A stretch of DNA of 63,041 nucleotides, counting the filler, from Sphacelaria rigidula (Eukaryota), in the NCBI GenBank assembly GCA_964200075.2. It is 9 parts of 9 records of this genome, joined end to end, with 100 filler letters (N's around TTAATTAATTAA, not from the genome) between each part and the next. Parts side by side here need not be neighbours in the genome. Positions count along the whole stretch, not along the records: positions 21,049 to 27,964 come from CAXNAA020017421.1; positions 28,065 to 34,980 come from CAXNAA020017422.1; positions 35,081 to 41,996 come from CAXNAA020017423.1; 6 more parts are not named here. One strand, written 5' to 3'. Positions 23,519-35,114 of this stretch are shown here, in pieces. How positions within the stretch are numbered: the stretch's first letter is position 1; each line of letters opens with the position of its first letter. The notes beneath the pieces are model-generated. The model saw only the letters and a list, made by a program, of their open reading frames with translations. It searched no databases and was not told where the DNA came from. Position numbers and translations under genes: made by a program.

Positions 23519-24173
23519 CACACGCGACCATTCGGCTACCCCAAAAATACTCTGTTCTGGTCAACTTTTGGGGCCCCACAGGAGTTGGAAAGCCGGGTAC
23601 CACTCCCTGAAGTCCGAATGGCCACCTGTGGCACCGGATCTTCTGAGGTTAGCCATATGTACTATCTTTCTTTTTCATTATTTATCCCTGTTTTGCTTGT
23701 ATCGCGTTTTGTGAGTATTAATCGGGTTCTATTTTGTTTTTTGTTTTTTTGCTAGCCTGTGACCACGGAAGGCGTCCGCATCAGATGCCCAGTACGAATG
23801 TACCGCGCAGGTATCGGAACGTTTTTTAGTGTGAAGACAATAAGAACAACAACAGGGTGCGCGGCCCTCCAGAGGGGTGAGATCGAACACCTCCAGAGAC
23901 TTGTTTTGCCTCTGGAGGGCCGCGCACCCTCTCGAGGAACTTGGAGGGTGCGCAGCCCTCCAGAGCACCATATTTTTTGTTACTCTCGAGGGATGCAGAC
24001 CTCAGAAGTCACTGGAGCATCAGATGCCCTCCAGAGGATTCGTTTTGTGACCGGTACTGAGTATGAAACACACTCTAGAGGGTATTTATATCCTCCGGAA
24101 GGTTACTCTACCCTCGAGAGGATGAAAATCGCGATAGAGGATGTTTATGGGGGTAGCCGAATGACCGCGTGTG
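23519..24173. mobile_element. Same MITE family, 24-bp TIR, 2-bp TSD (CG), carrying a retroposon insertion (~23600-23855)
   Basis: CG|CACACGCGACCATTCGGCTACCCC...GGGGTAGCCGAATGACCGCGTGTG|CG. Confidence 0.78.
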
Positions 24174-27100
24174 CGTGCTTTAACAGAGTATAATATGCTC
24201 CATAGATGGTATGTTGCAATGGAGGTGTGGCAGTAGACGACAGAGAATATCGGTAGGCATCGTATACCAGAATAGGCGAAATATTCTCAATCAAGGGAAA
24301 GTGTATTTTGTGGGAGCGAAATAATTTCCAATCTCATCATTGAATTAAATTGGATCACAAATGAATCATGTTACTGTACATGTGTAATGACGAGTACCGA
24401 ACAGAAACAGAATGGATCAGGGCTCGAGACGTCTGTAAAGTTGATACCGAACATCGAAGCGATTGTCATTTAACACACTGAGAGAGTGGTAGGCAGATGT
24501 AGTAGCAGGCGTGCAGAACGGTGGCCTGAGCATCCAGCCGTCTTACTGTTCGATTGCAGGAAGTACGAGTGTTGAAGGTGGTACACCTGGAACACATACT
24601 TTGCGCTGAGAGCAGTCGGAGAGAGGTCGCATCGTTTCCTCACCCGCCCACCATAGACTGTGATATGTATATATCGAAATTCATTGCCGCCTTCAATAGA
24701 TCTTGCACGCACACTATCAATAATCATAACCGTTATCAATAGATTTGGTGCACAATCTATCAATAGTCATCGCTGTCATCAGTATATTTGGCACACAGTC
24801 CATCGACGACCATTGCCGTCATCAATATATTTGGAAAGCTATCGATCGATGTATTCGGTCGGCGGGCAATAGTTTTAGGGGTAGGCCAAAATAGACAGCT
24901 ACCCGGGCAATACTGTGGGAAAGTGGTCTACCGAAAGACATTGCCGACGACAATAAAAAGAGTAACTTATCGATCGATAGCCATGACGGACGACAATATC
25001 GGCATCTACTGGGGCAAATTCTATTGCTATTGGAATAGATGCCGTCTGTTGTCCAGGATGTGGAAAATACACAAGTGGTGCTGGTTTTTGTTTCATGAAA
25101 TTCAGAGGTCGCGTTGCTGATTTTTGCTATGGTGCACAAAGTTGAACACACCTGATCCGTTGCGTCCCCTCATTGGATAAAACTAATCCGACCGCACCGG
25201 GGCGACATTTTTGGTGCGGCCATGAGATATGTCGGTTAGAAAATACCGAGGTATGTCGCCGTAAAAATGGTTGTTGTCGGCATTTTTCTTTTCCCATATT
25301 TTCTTCTTCGTCAGCGCTTGAAATAATGAAGTGTCTGAACTGGGGACAGGAGGGGAGGATTCTCAAAGGGTTAATAGAGTGTCGAGAGTACCATTCTGCA
25401 CGTTTGTCCCCAAAACCGCCACTCTATTGAAATCCGTTGATCCGCCGGTGAAAACGCAACTTTGTAGACGGAGTTCAGAATCCATCGCAATCCCGGAGCT
25501 CCGTCGGCATTACCAATCCGAGAATCCGAGAATCCGCGCCGCCGGCAGTTTGGGAGGCGGAGATCATCTCGAGAAACGAGTGATTCAACAACGCAGGATG
25601 CTACCTCAGGGGATCGCACCGCAGGCGGCGGCATATACAAGCCTCGGGTCATATCTTTTTGGGACCCGAACAACACGCATGACTCTTGGGGGGTGCTATA
25701 CCACGTACCGTCTACAGCATGTGCAGAAGATGTCGGCAGGGAAAATTAGCCCCAAAAACTTATAATCCGGGGGTGTTCATCCGCAAGGAGGGGTGTAGCA
25801 GGCCCACGAGAGATTTACCATCATCTACGCTATGCGGTGTTTTCAATTTTTCCCGTTTGAAAAAGCTTGAGCCCGTCGTTTGTTCGTGTAATTCGTGATG
25901 AGGTCGTAAAGTGCCATGCTGTTCCGCACTGTCTGTACCGTCTGTAGCTACGCAGAGATGAGTGTTCACGGCTGCCACAGCTCTACAGCAAATAAAATAA
26001 AATATTTTCTCGCTCAACAGTTCCCCGTCGTGGTTAAGGAGTTACCCAACAATTTGTGGCGACGATGCAAATCAAGTTGCATGTGGTATGCATCGCTGAT
26101 GAATCGGGCATCTGTGCGAAAACCGTGACAAATGAAGAAATCGGCTGAATCCGTACCCCCCTGCACCACCAAGGGCGAGTCCACGGATTTGCTGTTCGAA
26201 AAATTGGGCTGCCGGTTACGGGATCACCAAGTACGCGTAGTACTCGCTTCGCACGAGCAGTACGTCGTTTTCTTCAATTTGTATAAACTGAAGTCGGTGA
26301 TATGCGCCCAAAAAGGAAACAGTACGTGTAGGTCTTGAACATGCTACAACAAGTAAATATAGTATGAACGTGAACCTGGCTGGTAGGATTTTTGATGTCG
26401 GTGGTTGAACAGGCCTACTGGAGTACTGCACTTTCGTCCATTTCCGCGCCCACTTCGCCAAGCGATATAACACGACGAGGCTTTACTCGCTGTACTGTAC
26501 ACATATCAACGGTTCAAGTACACCAAGAATGAACGATCCACGCGTTTAATGGGGATCGAGAGCAAGAATGCAGGCTAGCGATGTGTTGGTAGAGAGCACC
26601 CCACCTGGTACCAGTCGAATGTCTCCGCGTCCTTGGTGTACCGCTCATCCCAATAAGAAGCCTTTCCGTACTGCGCCATTTTCCGGGAGCACCCCAAGAG
26701 CACCTACACTGCTACTGTATGCCACAATGATGGTCGAGCGCGGCTGTTCGTTCGCAACTGACACTTCTCCACCTTCAACGTAGATGAAGCAACAGCTCCT
26801 TGTGGGGGAGGATCCTTTCTGATATCTATTCTCCCGAGGTGGCGACCAGGATTATGGAAAATAACAACACAAAGGTGGTACATGGAAGATCCACGTGTGA
26901 TCTAGACCTAGGCACGTACTTGCCTGATACGCGACAGTCTGTAGTATTACACAGCAAGCACAGTAGAGTGTCGCTGACACCATAGGCACGATGGCAGCAT
27001 TGATGAAGAAAGAAGCATGGGTGGGAGTCGATCTTGGAGGTGACAGAAGCACGACCGTGCTCCAGAACGGTGAGGAATGTGTGGTGTCGAATTTAACAGT

Positions 27101-28104
27101 ACGCGGATTGCTTTGGTGTTTGTGACAAACCAAACGGCGGCACACCAACCCTGTGATCTCCAGTCTTCAGAGTATTGCGCGATACTACTATGGGTGATGG
27201 TGTGATCATAGTACACTACTCCTGTGTTTGTGCCATGACTCTTCTGGTAGCACAGGTGAGTGCATAACGCGTGTTGTGCGTTCATTTTCGTACCCCTCGC
27301 CCTTTTCACAGCCGGTGCAATAGTAGCGTATGCACCCAGTGTTTCTGTTTCGATGTCACAGTAGACACTCGTTGGATACATCCCGTTGGTCAAAATAGCA
27401 GGAAGTTATGAAGTCTATATTGGTATTGTAATATCATAATAACATCTCCCGAGTGTGCAGACATACGACCCCAAAACGAAACAAACAGCATCAGTCTCTA
27501 TACCTCTCCACTCCGACTCGTCTCTGGTGGCACACACTCATTCTGCGCTATTCAGAAAGCACTACTCGCCGCCCGTCCGCGTTCAGATCAATCTCACGTC
27601 CTCTCTTTGTCTTTTCTGGTGTGCGGCCCAACTTGGATCTCGACGTTTGTCTTTTCGACAAATGTAAATTCTGTCCATCAGAAGTGAAGGAGCGCAGTGC
27701 AGTTCTACGACCCCCCTCCCCCGGGTCCACTAAACCCTCTAAGGCCCGTTATAAATTGTAAGCGGTGGGGTGCTTTCGTAAACGTTCCGTCGGCCTAGGC
27801 CGGATGTTATGGCGAACAGATTTTTGGCCCACGGATTGTTCACTTTCATGACGTTTGACCCACATTTTGATCCCCAAGCCGAGAAAACCGCCAACACACG
27901 TCTTGGACACTTTGCATCACCCCACAGAGAGGAGCCTAGTCTGTTTTTCAGATTCGCTTGGCTCNNNNNNNNNNNNNNNNNNNNNNNNNNNNNNNNNNNN
28001 NNNNNNNNTTAATTAATTAANNNNNNNNNNNNNNNNNNNNNNNNNNNNNNNNNNNNNNNNNNNNTGTTAGGTCAGGTTTCCTCCTTCCTTCAAGGAAGAA
28101 GATA

Positions 28105-28653
28105 CAGTAGTGGGCGGTCTAACTGTTCAGCGGGTTTTTTTTTTTTTCCTCGCGTACTACTCTTCGATAGAACTCGAAATTACTAGCATCGGTAGCTTTT
28201 GGTACAATAACCAGATCACCCTCGTAACACAGTGCCCAAGTCAGTGATAGTTAGTGTCATCGGGCAAAATGAGTAAACACCCCCGTTCATCGGGAGCGTG
28301 TTATTGACCGTAAAACACAGTTTTTCGGCTCTAGTGCAATGAGTAGGCAGAATTATAAATAAATAAAACTGCACATTTTTTCAGAAATATGATGTGGACA
28401 GGCTCGATCGACCGAAAATACCGAAGAGTAAGAATCCGGACTGAAACGCCCAGGACCCTGGATGATCGGTCAGGCCGTAAGTCACTCAATGTTGAGTACA
28501 GATGATTTTTTTCCTTGGAATGTGGAGCGGATACGAATATCTTCTGATCCCCAATGTGATGAGCAGTGGCAAGCGAAAAGAGCCCAAGTAAATCGCCATT
28601 TACAAAGAAGTCACAAAATGCCTCAAAATGAAGAGTTAGACCGCCCACTACTG
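28105..28653. mobile_element. MITE, 549 bp, perfect 20-bp TIR CAGTAGTGGGCGGTCTAACT, TA TSD (Tc1/mariner-pogo-like)
   Basis: TA|CAGTAGTGGGCGGTCTAACT...AGTTAGACCGCCCACTACTG|TA; interior homologous to ~59650-60000. Confidence 0.9.
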
Positions 28654-28990
28654 TATACACACATCAAGATTCAATTGCTTCTTCAAAACCTGTGCGGAAC
28701 TCAAACACCGTGCTGCTTCTTTATCCCCCCAGAACCAACTCAGGACAGAAAATAACGAACAAACCGCACCCAAAACTACCCAAATCTAAACCTCAAACTC
28801 GATTAATGTGCACCGCCTCTTTCCCCCCTCCTCCGCTGGAAAATCACGAAATGAGATCAACATTACGTCCAACAAAAACCAACCAAGCCACCACATACCT
28901 ATTTCTTCATGTATTAATGAATATGTATGTATATATATATTCACACCTTCATTATTTTCACCCCTTCTGACTAAGCGTTGTTTTGCTCAC

Positions 28991-30627
28991 CAGGAAGACG
29001 AGCCACGGCGTCATCATGTCTCGGTTGTCGATGGCTACCTTCTGCAGATACCTCGGTAGGTTCGCCGGCTCTTCCCATAGCTAGCAACAACATAATACGA
29101 AAAGAAAAAAAACGCAACAACGGTTTCATATACAGATAAGCTCAGGTTTGGACATCATCGTTCACCGATTGGAATATAATACATACAAACACATGTAATA
29201 GTTTCCAGCCGAAATAGGGAAAACGTAGTCGACCATTTTCAATAGTTTTTATCGTGTGCCACCGCTCATCCCAGTGAAGGTATGATCCGGAAGTTTGAGT
29301 ATTTGGAGATAGTAGGCAGCCACTCCACCTCCCGAAACAGAAATCATCTTTGCGCTCAATAGTGAACGGCTTGCGGGCTGAATTGACAGGGGGTGTGATA
29401 AAAATGGTCGCCACACGTGGACTGCTCGTCATAAACATCCTCATGATCCATTCTCATGTTTTGTTTACATAACGGGGCCTTGATTCCAGGCTCCTAGACA
29501 ACAAGCCAGGGTTACGCCCCACGATCAACAGCTTACTGACGGCGGGTCCTCCACGGGGGGACGACTCTCTCTGAGATTACCAACCCTCTCTCTGTGCACT
29601 CCAACACCACATCCACCAACCTACACGTTACGACTGGAGTACCGACATAGCGACCACAGTAGTGGTCATTCTCCCTAGGTGTTCCAAGTTTTGGCTACTT
29701 CCAATCTCTCCAAGTACGCCTTGTGCATCTTATTACCGAGCACGTTAAAGACAATGTACAGAAGGTGGCCCTATATAGTGCGGATATGTGTCACGAAAAA
29801 TTACCCGCACTATACCAGGCACCCGCATTATATAAAAAGTCGGCCTGATTAGTGCGCTTTCCCGCATTTTTCAGGGTTTTGAGAACCCCCAATAGTGCGG
29901 GAAAGCGCACTATTGACGACTATACTAGTTTAAAGCATACGAGGCAGCCTACAGCGAGGTGTATGAAGGCATACAAGGTGTTGGATGTGTTGTCGACACG
30001 GATAGGAACCTGCGCCTGTTCGTGATGCGAAGAGGACAGCATATTGCAGCGGTGAATAAAGTATCCGCATCCTGAACACGGGTGAAACGACAGTACAGCA
30101 GGACAGTAATGCTGTACCGTACTTGGTTCATGACATGTTCGTACCGTGAGCGTACCAACAGGCTGCGTGTGGAAGATCCCGTGGCTGGTTCATTTTGTTT
30201 CCGCCGTTCCACTTCTTTGCCACGTACGAAAATTATCACAGGGTTCACCAAACAGCTCAACGACAAAGAAAAAAGAAACTTACACGGGACGCCGTTTCAA
30301 CACAACCCCGACACCCTCGCTCGGAGCATCAGAAGAACGGGACGAACTAGCAAGAACAAGCACTAGAAGGGTCCAGCCCAAGCCCTACTTTTCTTCGTGG
30401 TCTTCGAGGTATTGTGTAGTGTAGGATTTTCTTCAAGCAACTGACTATGGCATGCAAGATTTTAAGTACACCGCCCCCCCCTCCCTCCCTCCGTGACTTC
30501 ACCTTTGCCGCGATATTAGGGTACGCCTCGGCGAGTTGTCCTACCCAGTACATCACATCTTCCATCGTATCCTCTGCACGCACCGCGTCGTACTGTTCCT
30601 GCAACTGCTCTTGTGAAAACGCGCCGC
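28991..30627 (-). CDS. Partial multi-exon gene, unknown product; proposed exons 30627-30503, 30184-30145, 30071-30010, 29080-28991
   Basis: Four AG/GT-bounded segments with compatible phases splice to GAFSQEQLQEQYDAVRAEDTMEDVMYWVGQLAEAYPNIAAK-PRDLPHAACWYAHG-CGYFIHRCNMLSSSHHEQAQ-LWEEPANLPRYLQKVAIDNRDMMTPWLVFL. One donor (GTTCCT) is weak; no family recognised. Confidence 0.5.
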
Positions 30628-32753
30628 CTGCGCGTTTGAAATTACGTCACGAAAACCAGACGAAGAAGAGGGGAAAAGAAAAAACTGATCTCGCATGTGT
30701 ACTCGCCGCACGCCTCGTTTCGAAACAGTAGCGTGGTTCACAGTCGGTTTCGTGACCGAGGAAAGAAAAAAAAAGTTTGAACAACAATGTGCCGGACTGG
30801 AGACAGAGAGGGCAGAGAAGCGTGCACATGCAAGTAGGTTTGTTGTGTCCAACAAATGTCGACCTGGAACAGTAAATATCAGGCCCGCGTTGTCTCGCTT
30901 TTTATGCGTTTTACTGTGCGTTTCAATGTCGACTTTAGTATGGATGAGTATTTTCGAGGACTTTTAGACGCATATTTACAGGATAGGGTCTCAGTCAATG
31001 TATACCCACGCCTCTTGACCTGAGGGTCCTCGCAGCGACAGGGTTTCAATCACCTTTTCATTGAGCGCTTGAGGACAGACATTTAAGAGAGTCTGAGAAG
31101 CTATTGCTTACGCGAAAACGATGTCGACTCAACACAAAAAAGACATTCCTGGCGGTCAGAGGCTCAACACGAGTAACCTCCGTACTTTCCTCCCTGCCCA
31201 CCCGCGCGCCTCCTCTTGTACGAGATAACACAGCCCATGGATATGCAATGTACACGGTACCGGCTTGTCATGTTCCACACCGTCCATGAATCGGGCGCTT
31301 TTTTAAAATATTCTTCTTGGTTGCGGAAATTTGCGAATTTTCAGACCAACTCTTATGGGACAAAATCAACATCAATTTTCCTTCATTTTGAACACCGTTT
31401 TTTTCCTGCCGCGCTTTCGGACGGAGACAAAAAACCCCTTTGACGCACGCACCTACGGCACAAAATTGGAAATGGAACACATAAAGTTGGCGTGATCAGG
31501 GAAGTTCGCACCCGTACAACAGCACCCAAAGGAGACACAACGGCTGCACAGCCATCACGTGACTTTTTCTTTTTTTTCTTTGTTCCCGCCCCAGTTCCGT
31601 ACAGACCGTAACACGGCAGCAGTAAAGCAGCTCAGGCATTGTCCGGAGCTAAGGCCGTATTCGCAAGGTTCAAACGCACCACAGTACAGCGATAACTTCA
31701 GCGTAGACACGATCGGTCTGGGCGCGAACCTGTGACTGGCGTTGCTTCACATCTGTACACAGGGTCAAAACAACAGGAGGATAGAAGCTGCCGCTGGTGT
31801 TGTTGCTGTGCCCCTCTTGTTGCAGTATGTCGCTGTGCCAATCTTTCAACGCGGGCTTCTCGCCAAACCAAGCAGAGGATTGCACTGCGGTTTGTTGCGC
31901 GCGCTTTGCACACACCCAACCCAGGGAAAGTATGTCAGATATATCCTTCACGCGTCCCACAAACGCTGCACGCTACCCAAATGTGTACCAAAACGTACAA
32001 GAAGGCCCCGTTTTGGGGGGCTTTTGGGGTCCGCTGTGGCGATCTGAACGAAGTTCTTACATATTTCTCTAGCTTTTTGTGTATGTACGGGGGGCTGGCT
32101 GTAAAGTGCCACAGGCCGGCTTGCTTCCTGTGCCGGGAAACCGCAGTGAGAGTACTGCAGTTGTTGTATACTGTAACCAATTTAGTACGAGACGCAGCGT
32201 GTGTCCTACTCCAAAAAGCTAAACAGCTCGGGACAGCTGGTGACGAGTCCATTATTCCTCCGCGTCAATCACTTCGTTAGCGTGGCCGCGCATATTGGTC
32301 GTGAAGGCCCTCATACACCCCCATAACAACAATGTCAGTTACAGCACAGGAATAATCGGTCTAGGGACGGAGCGCCTTGTTCGTTACGAAAAACACAACA
32401 GAACACAATTTACCTTGCATCCCTACGAAGCCGGGACGGAGCACGCCGGGCTCTCGCCGGACCAGGATAATAATCAATCACCAAGCGTGAAGCGCCGTGG
32501 TGTGTTCGGCGAGTCGCATAAGAGGTGAGCTGCATTCCGCCAAGATTGTTTGGCCCGAAGCGTACTGATTATCTTGTATATGGGTGAAAGTCTCGAATGA
32601 GCTGCTTCATTTTCAGGTATTGCCACTCCCAGAGAGCTACGGCTTCTACACTGCGTCATGGGTGTGTGTCACGATGTGAACACTACCTCGTGCGATCACC
32701 TTTTAGGGCAGTGGAGGTAATCCACCCCGCATAATGTGATCTAGCTCTATCAT

Positions 32754-32828
32754 AAAATAAAAAAACGCATGCGAGAAAATAAAAAAAACGCATGCGAGAA
32801 AATAAAAAAAACGCATGCGAGAAAAAAC
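32754..32828. repeat. Minisatellite, ~23-bp unit AAAATAAAAAAAACGCATGCGAG x3
   Basis: Read directly. Confidence 0.9.
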
Positions 32829-33022
32829 GACAGCCTGGTTGCCTAGCTTACGCAGCGAGTGGTGTGTTTTACAGGCCGTTGCCACCCGACGCCAACCCTG
32901 ACAAGGGGGAATACACGGGGGGGGGGGAGGTAAAGTTAATCTTTTTGTTTAATAGTCAAGAAAAAAAATGTGTCAACGCACGTGTTGCACGACACGTATT
33001 TATTTCATTTTTGGAAGGATTT

Positions 33023-33227
33023 CAAGGGCAGGTCGAGTAGAGTATACTCAATTGCAGGGTATTTTGGGAGACGTACTTTACGTACTCAAATTAGCGTAGA
33101 GTGTTAGAAGTCGTACCCAAAAAATAACTGGAAAGCGATCCCTAAAACCCTACCCCCAACTTGTGTACTCTAAGTGCGACTTTCAAAATACCCCGCAATA
33201 GAGTATACTCTACTCGACCTGCCCTTG
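33023..33227. mobile_element. hAT-like MITE, 205 bp, 26-bp TIR, 8-bp TSD
   Basis: AAGGATTT|CAAGGGCAGGTCGAGTAGAGTATACTC...GAGTATACTCTACTCGACCTGCCCTTG|AAGGATCT (TSD 7/8 match). Confidence 0.85.
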
Positions 33228-33988
33228 AAGGATCTTCACCTCCGGTTTCCCTGGCGATAGATACTGACATGCTTCGACGCCCAACAAAAGAAAAAAAAAA
33301 CATTCCCACCTTTGTTCTCAATTGTGTTCGTGTTCACGTAATTGTGAATTGTGAATTGTGAATTATGATGGTGATGGTGATGGTGACTGTTATGGGGGTG
33401 AATGAAGGCCTTACCGACCAAAAATCCGGTTCCCACAAAAAAAAATGAATGCGGACGGATATTGAAGACGTATTGAAGACGTCATAGACTGGTCGGGACT
33501 GTGCCGAACCTCTGGCGAACCTCTGCCAAAAATGACACACGCTCCATCCCAAGTTACCCAGGTTCAGTATGCGACAGATGAAATTTGTTTCATCGCAATT
33601 ATCTCGAGACAGGAAGCACAGCGGCCTCTGGAACTTCACAGCCCCCAGCACACACACAGAACACCTATACAGCAGCGCAAGCAGATTTGCTCCATTCGCC
33701 ACAGGGGATCCAAAACGTCCCAGAACGTTGCAGGAAACGCGTTTTTCAGAACATTTTGTGTTTGGTGCGGCGGTTTCTAAAGTGCTGGGCACGCGTACGG
33801 AAATCTGTCGCCACACTGAACAAATCCAGTGTATGGGAAGCGCACGCATCAAACCGCAGTCGAATCCTTTACCTGGTTGCCGAGAAAATAGAGTTGAAAA
33901 ATCGGCAGTTGTGGGTTGAGGACCAGCAGCTTTTGCGGAGGTGAAAAATGGGAAATTTTTAGAAGCACGGTGTTTTGAGGTTGAACAG

Positions 33989-34170
33989 AAAATCCAAATC
34001 CCGCGAAGCATGGGCGAAGTACAAGGAAAGAACCGGTCAAGACTTGACCTGTGCCCTGGCGGCCGCGCGCAAGGTCAAGGCGGCGCCTCAACGCGCGGAG
34101 ACGGCTGAGAAAGAACTCAAGGCGGCCACCGACAGGCTCAACGCGTTCACCGAAAAGTTTGACGCGTCTG
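33989..34170 (+). CDS. Possible isolated exon encoding a basic coiled-coil segment
   Basis: After a CAG acceptor, GC3-rich codons give KSKSREAWAKYKERTGQDLTCALAAARKVKAAPQRAETAEKELKAATDRLNAFTEKF; donor and partner exons not established. Confidence 0.35.
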
Positions 34171-35114
34171 TTTCATGCCAGAGCGTAAGAGCTCCAACGC
34201 GTAAGCTAAGCTGCTGCGCCCAATTTTATTGCGGTCCTTTGGTCCTTTCACAGTCGGGAGACAGCAATGATGTTTTCGGTAACTGACTGTGAATACTAAT
34301 GACAATATGTGAATAATGCAACATGGGACAAGCTTCGTTTTGAAGGGGGATGTGTATGTATCTTCCGTCCTGCCATGTGGTGCTGATTTCTTGTATGCGC
34401 TCGTGTACAAGGAGCAATTCATGCTCCCAACGTAAAGTACCACGAACTGTATAGTTTGATCCGATCAAAATCGGCTGTGTTGTCTCTACGCTATCGAGCG
34501 CACAAGCCAGGGCCTCAAGCGCGGTCTTTTCTATGTTCGATGCACTGCCTTTCATAGACCGAAGACAGCCATGACGTTTGCTGTCACTACTGCCTGTGTG
34601 CACTAATAACAAGATAACAGGAGGGAACTATGAGACTGGACAGGCGGGATATTCGTGCATCGCCTCTGTACACCAATGACAATCGTAAAAAATGTGCCGT
34701 CACCACTGCCTGTGTACGTTGATAACAAGGTACTCTCTGTTGCTGTGCAAAGCAACTTCGCGTTACAACAGTAAGCGCCCGTCGCCTCTCGAATTGCAGT
34801 GGGCGAGGTCACACATGAAAGTCGCCTGAGCGTACGTCGGACGGATCAAGCGAAGGAACGCACGTGTGAAGAGCGGTTTTGACCATCGTCTGTGTACCGC
34901 ACTTCACGGACTAACAGCAGCAGCGGTGATGTGTGTTGCCACTGCCGCCTGCGTACACTAACAACAATATGTAAACATCGNNNNNNNNNNNNNNNNNNNN
35001 NNNNNNNNNNNNNNNNNNNNNNNNTTAATTAATTAANNNNNNNNNNNNNNNNNNNNNNNNNNNNNNNNNNNNNNNNNNNNCCCCTCCCTACTACCACTAC
35101 ACTCCCTTCCATAG

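Larger units (their letters stand above)
31838..33903. repeat. Long diverged inverted repeat (arms ~31838-32330 and ~33388-33903) enclosing younger insertions
   Basis: Collinear reverse-complement matches such as GGATTGCACTGCGGTTTGTTGCGCGCGCTT, GCTGTAAAGTGCCACAGGCCGGCTTGCTTCCTGT and GAAGGCCCTCATACACCCCCATAAC. Confidence 0.75.
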
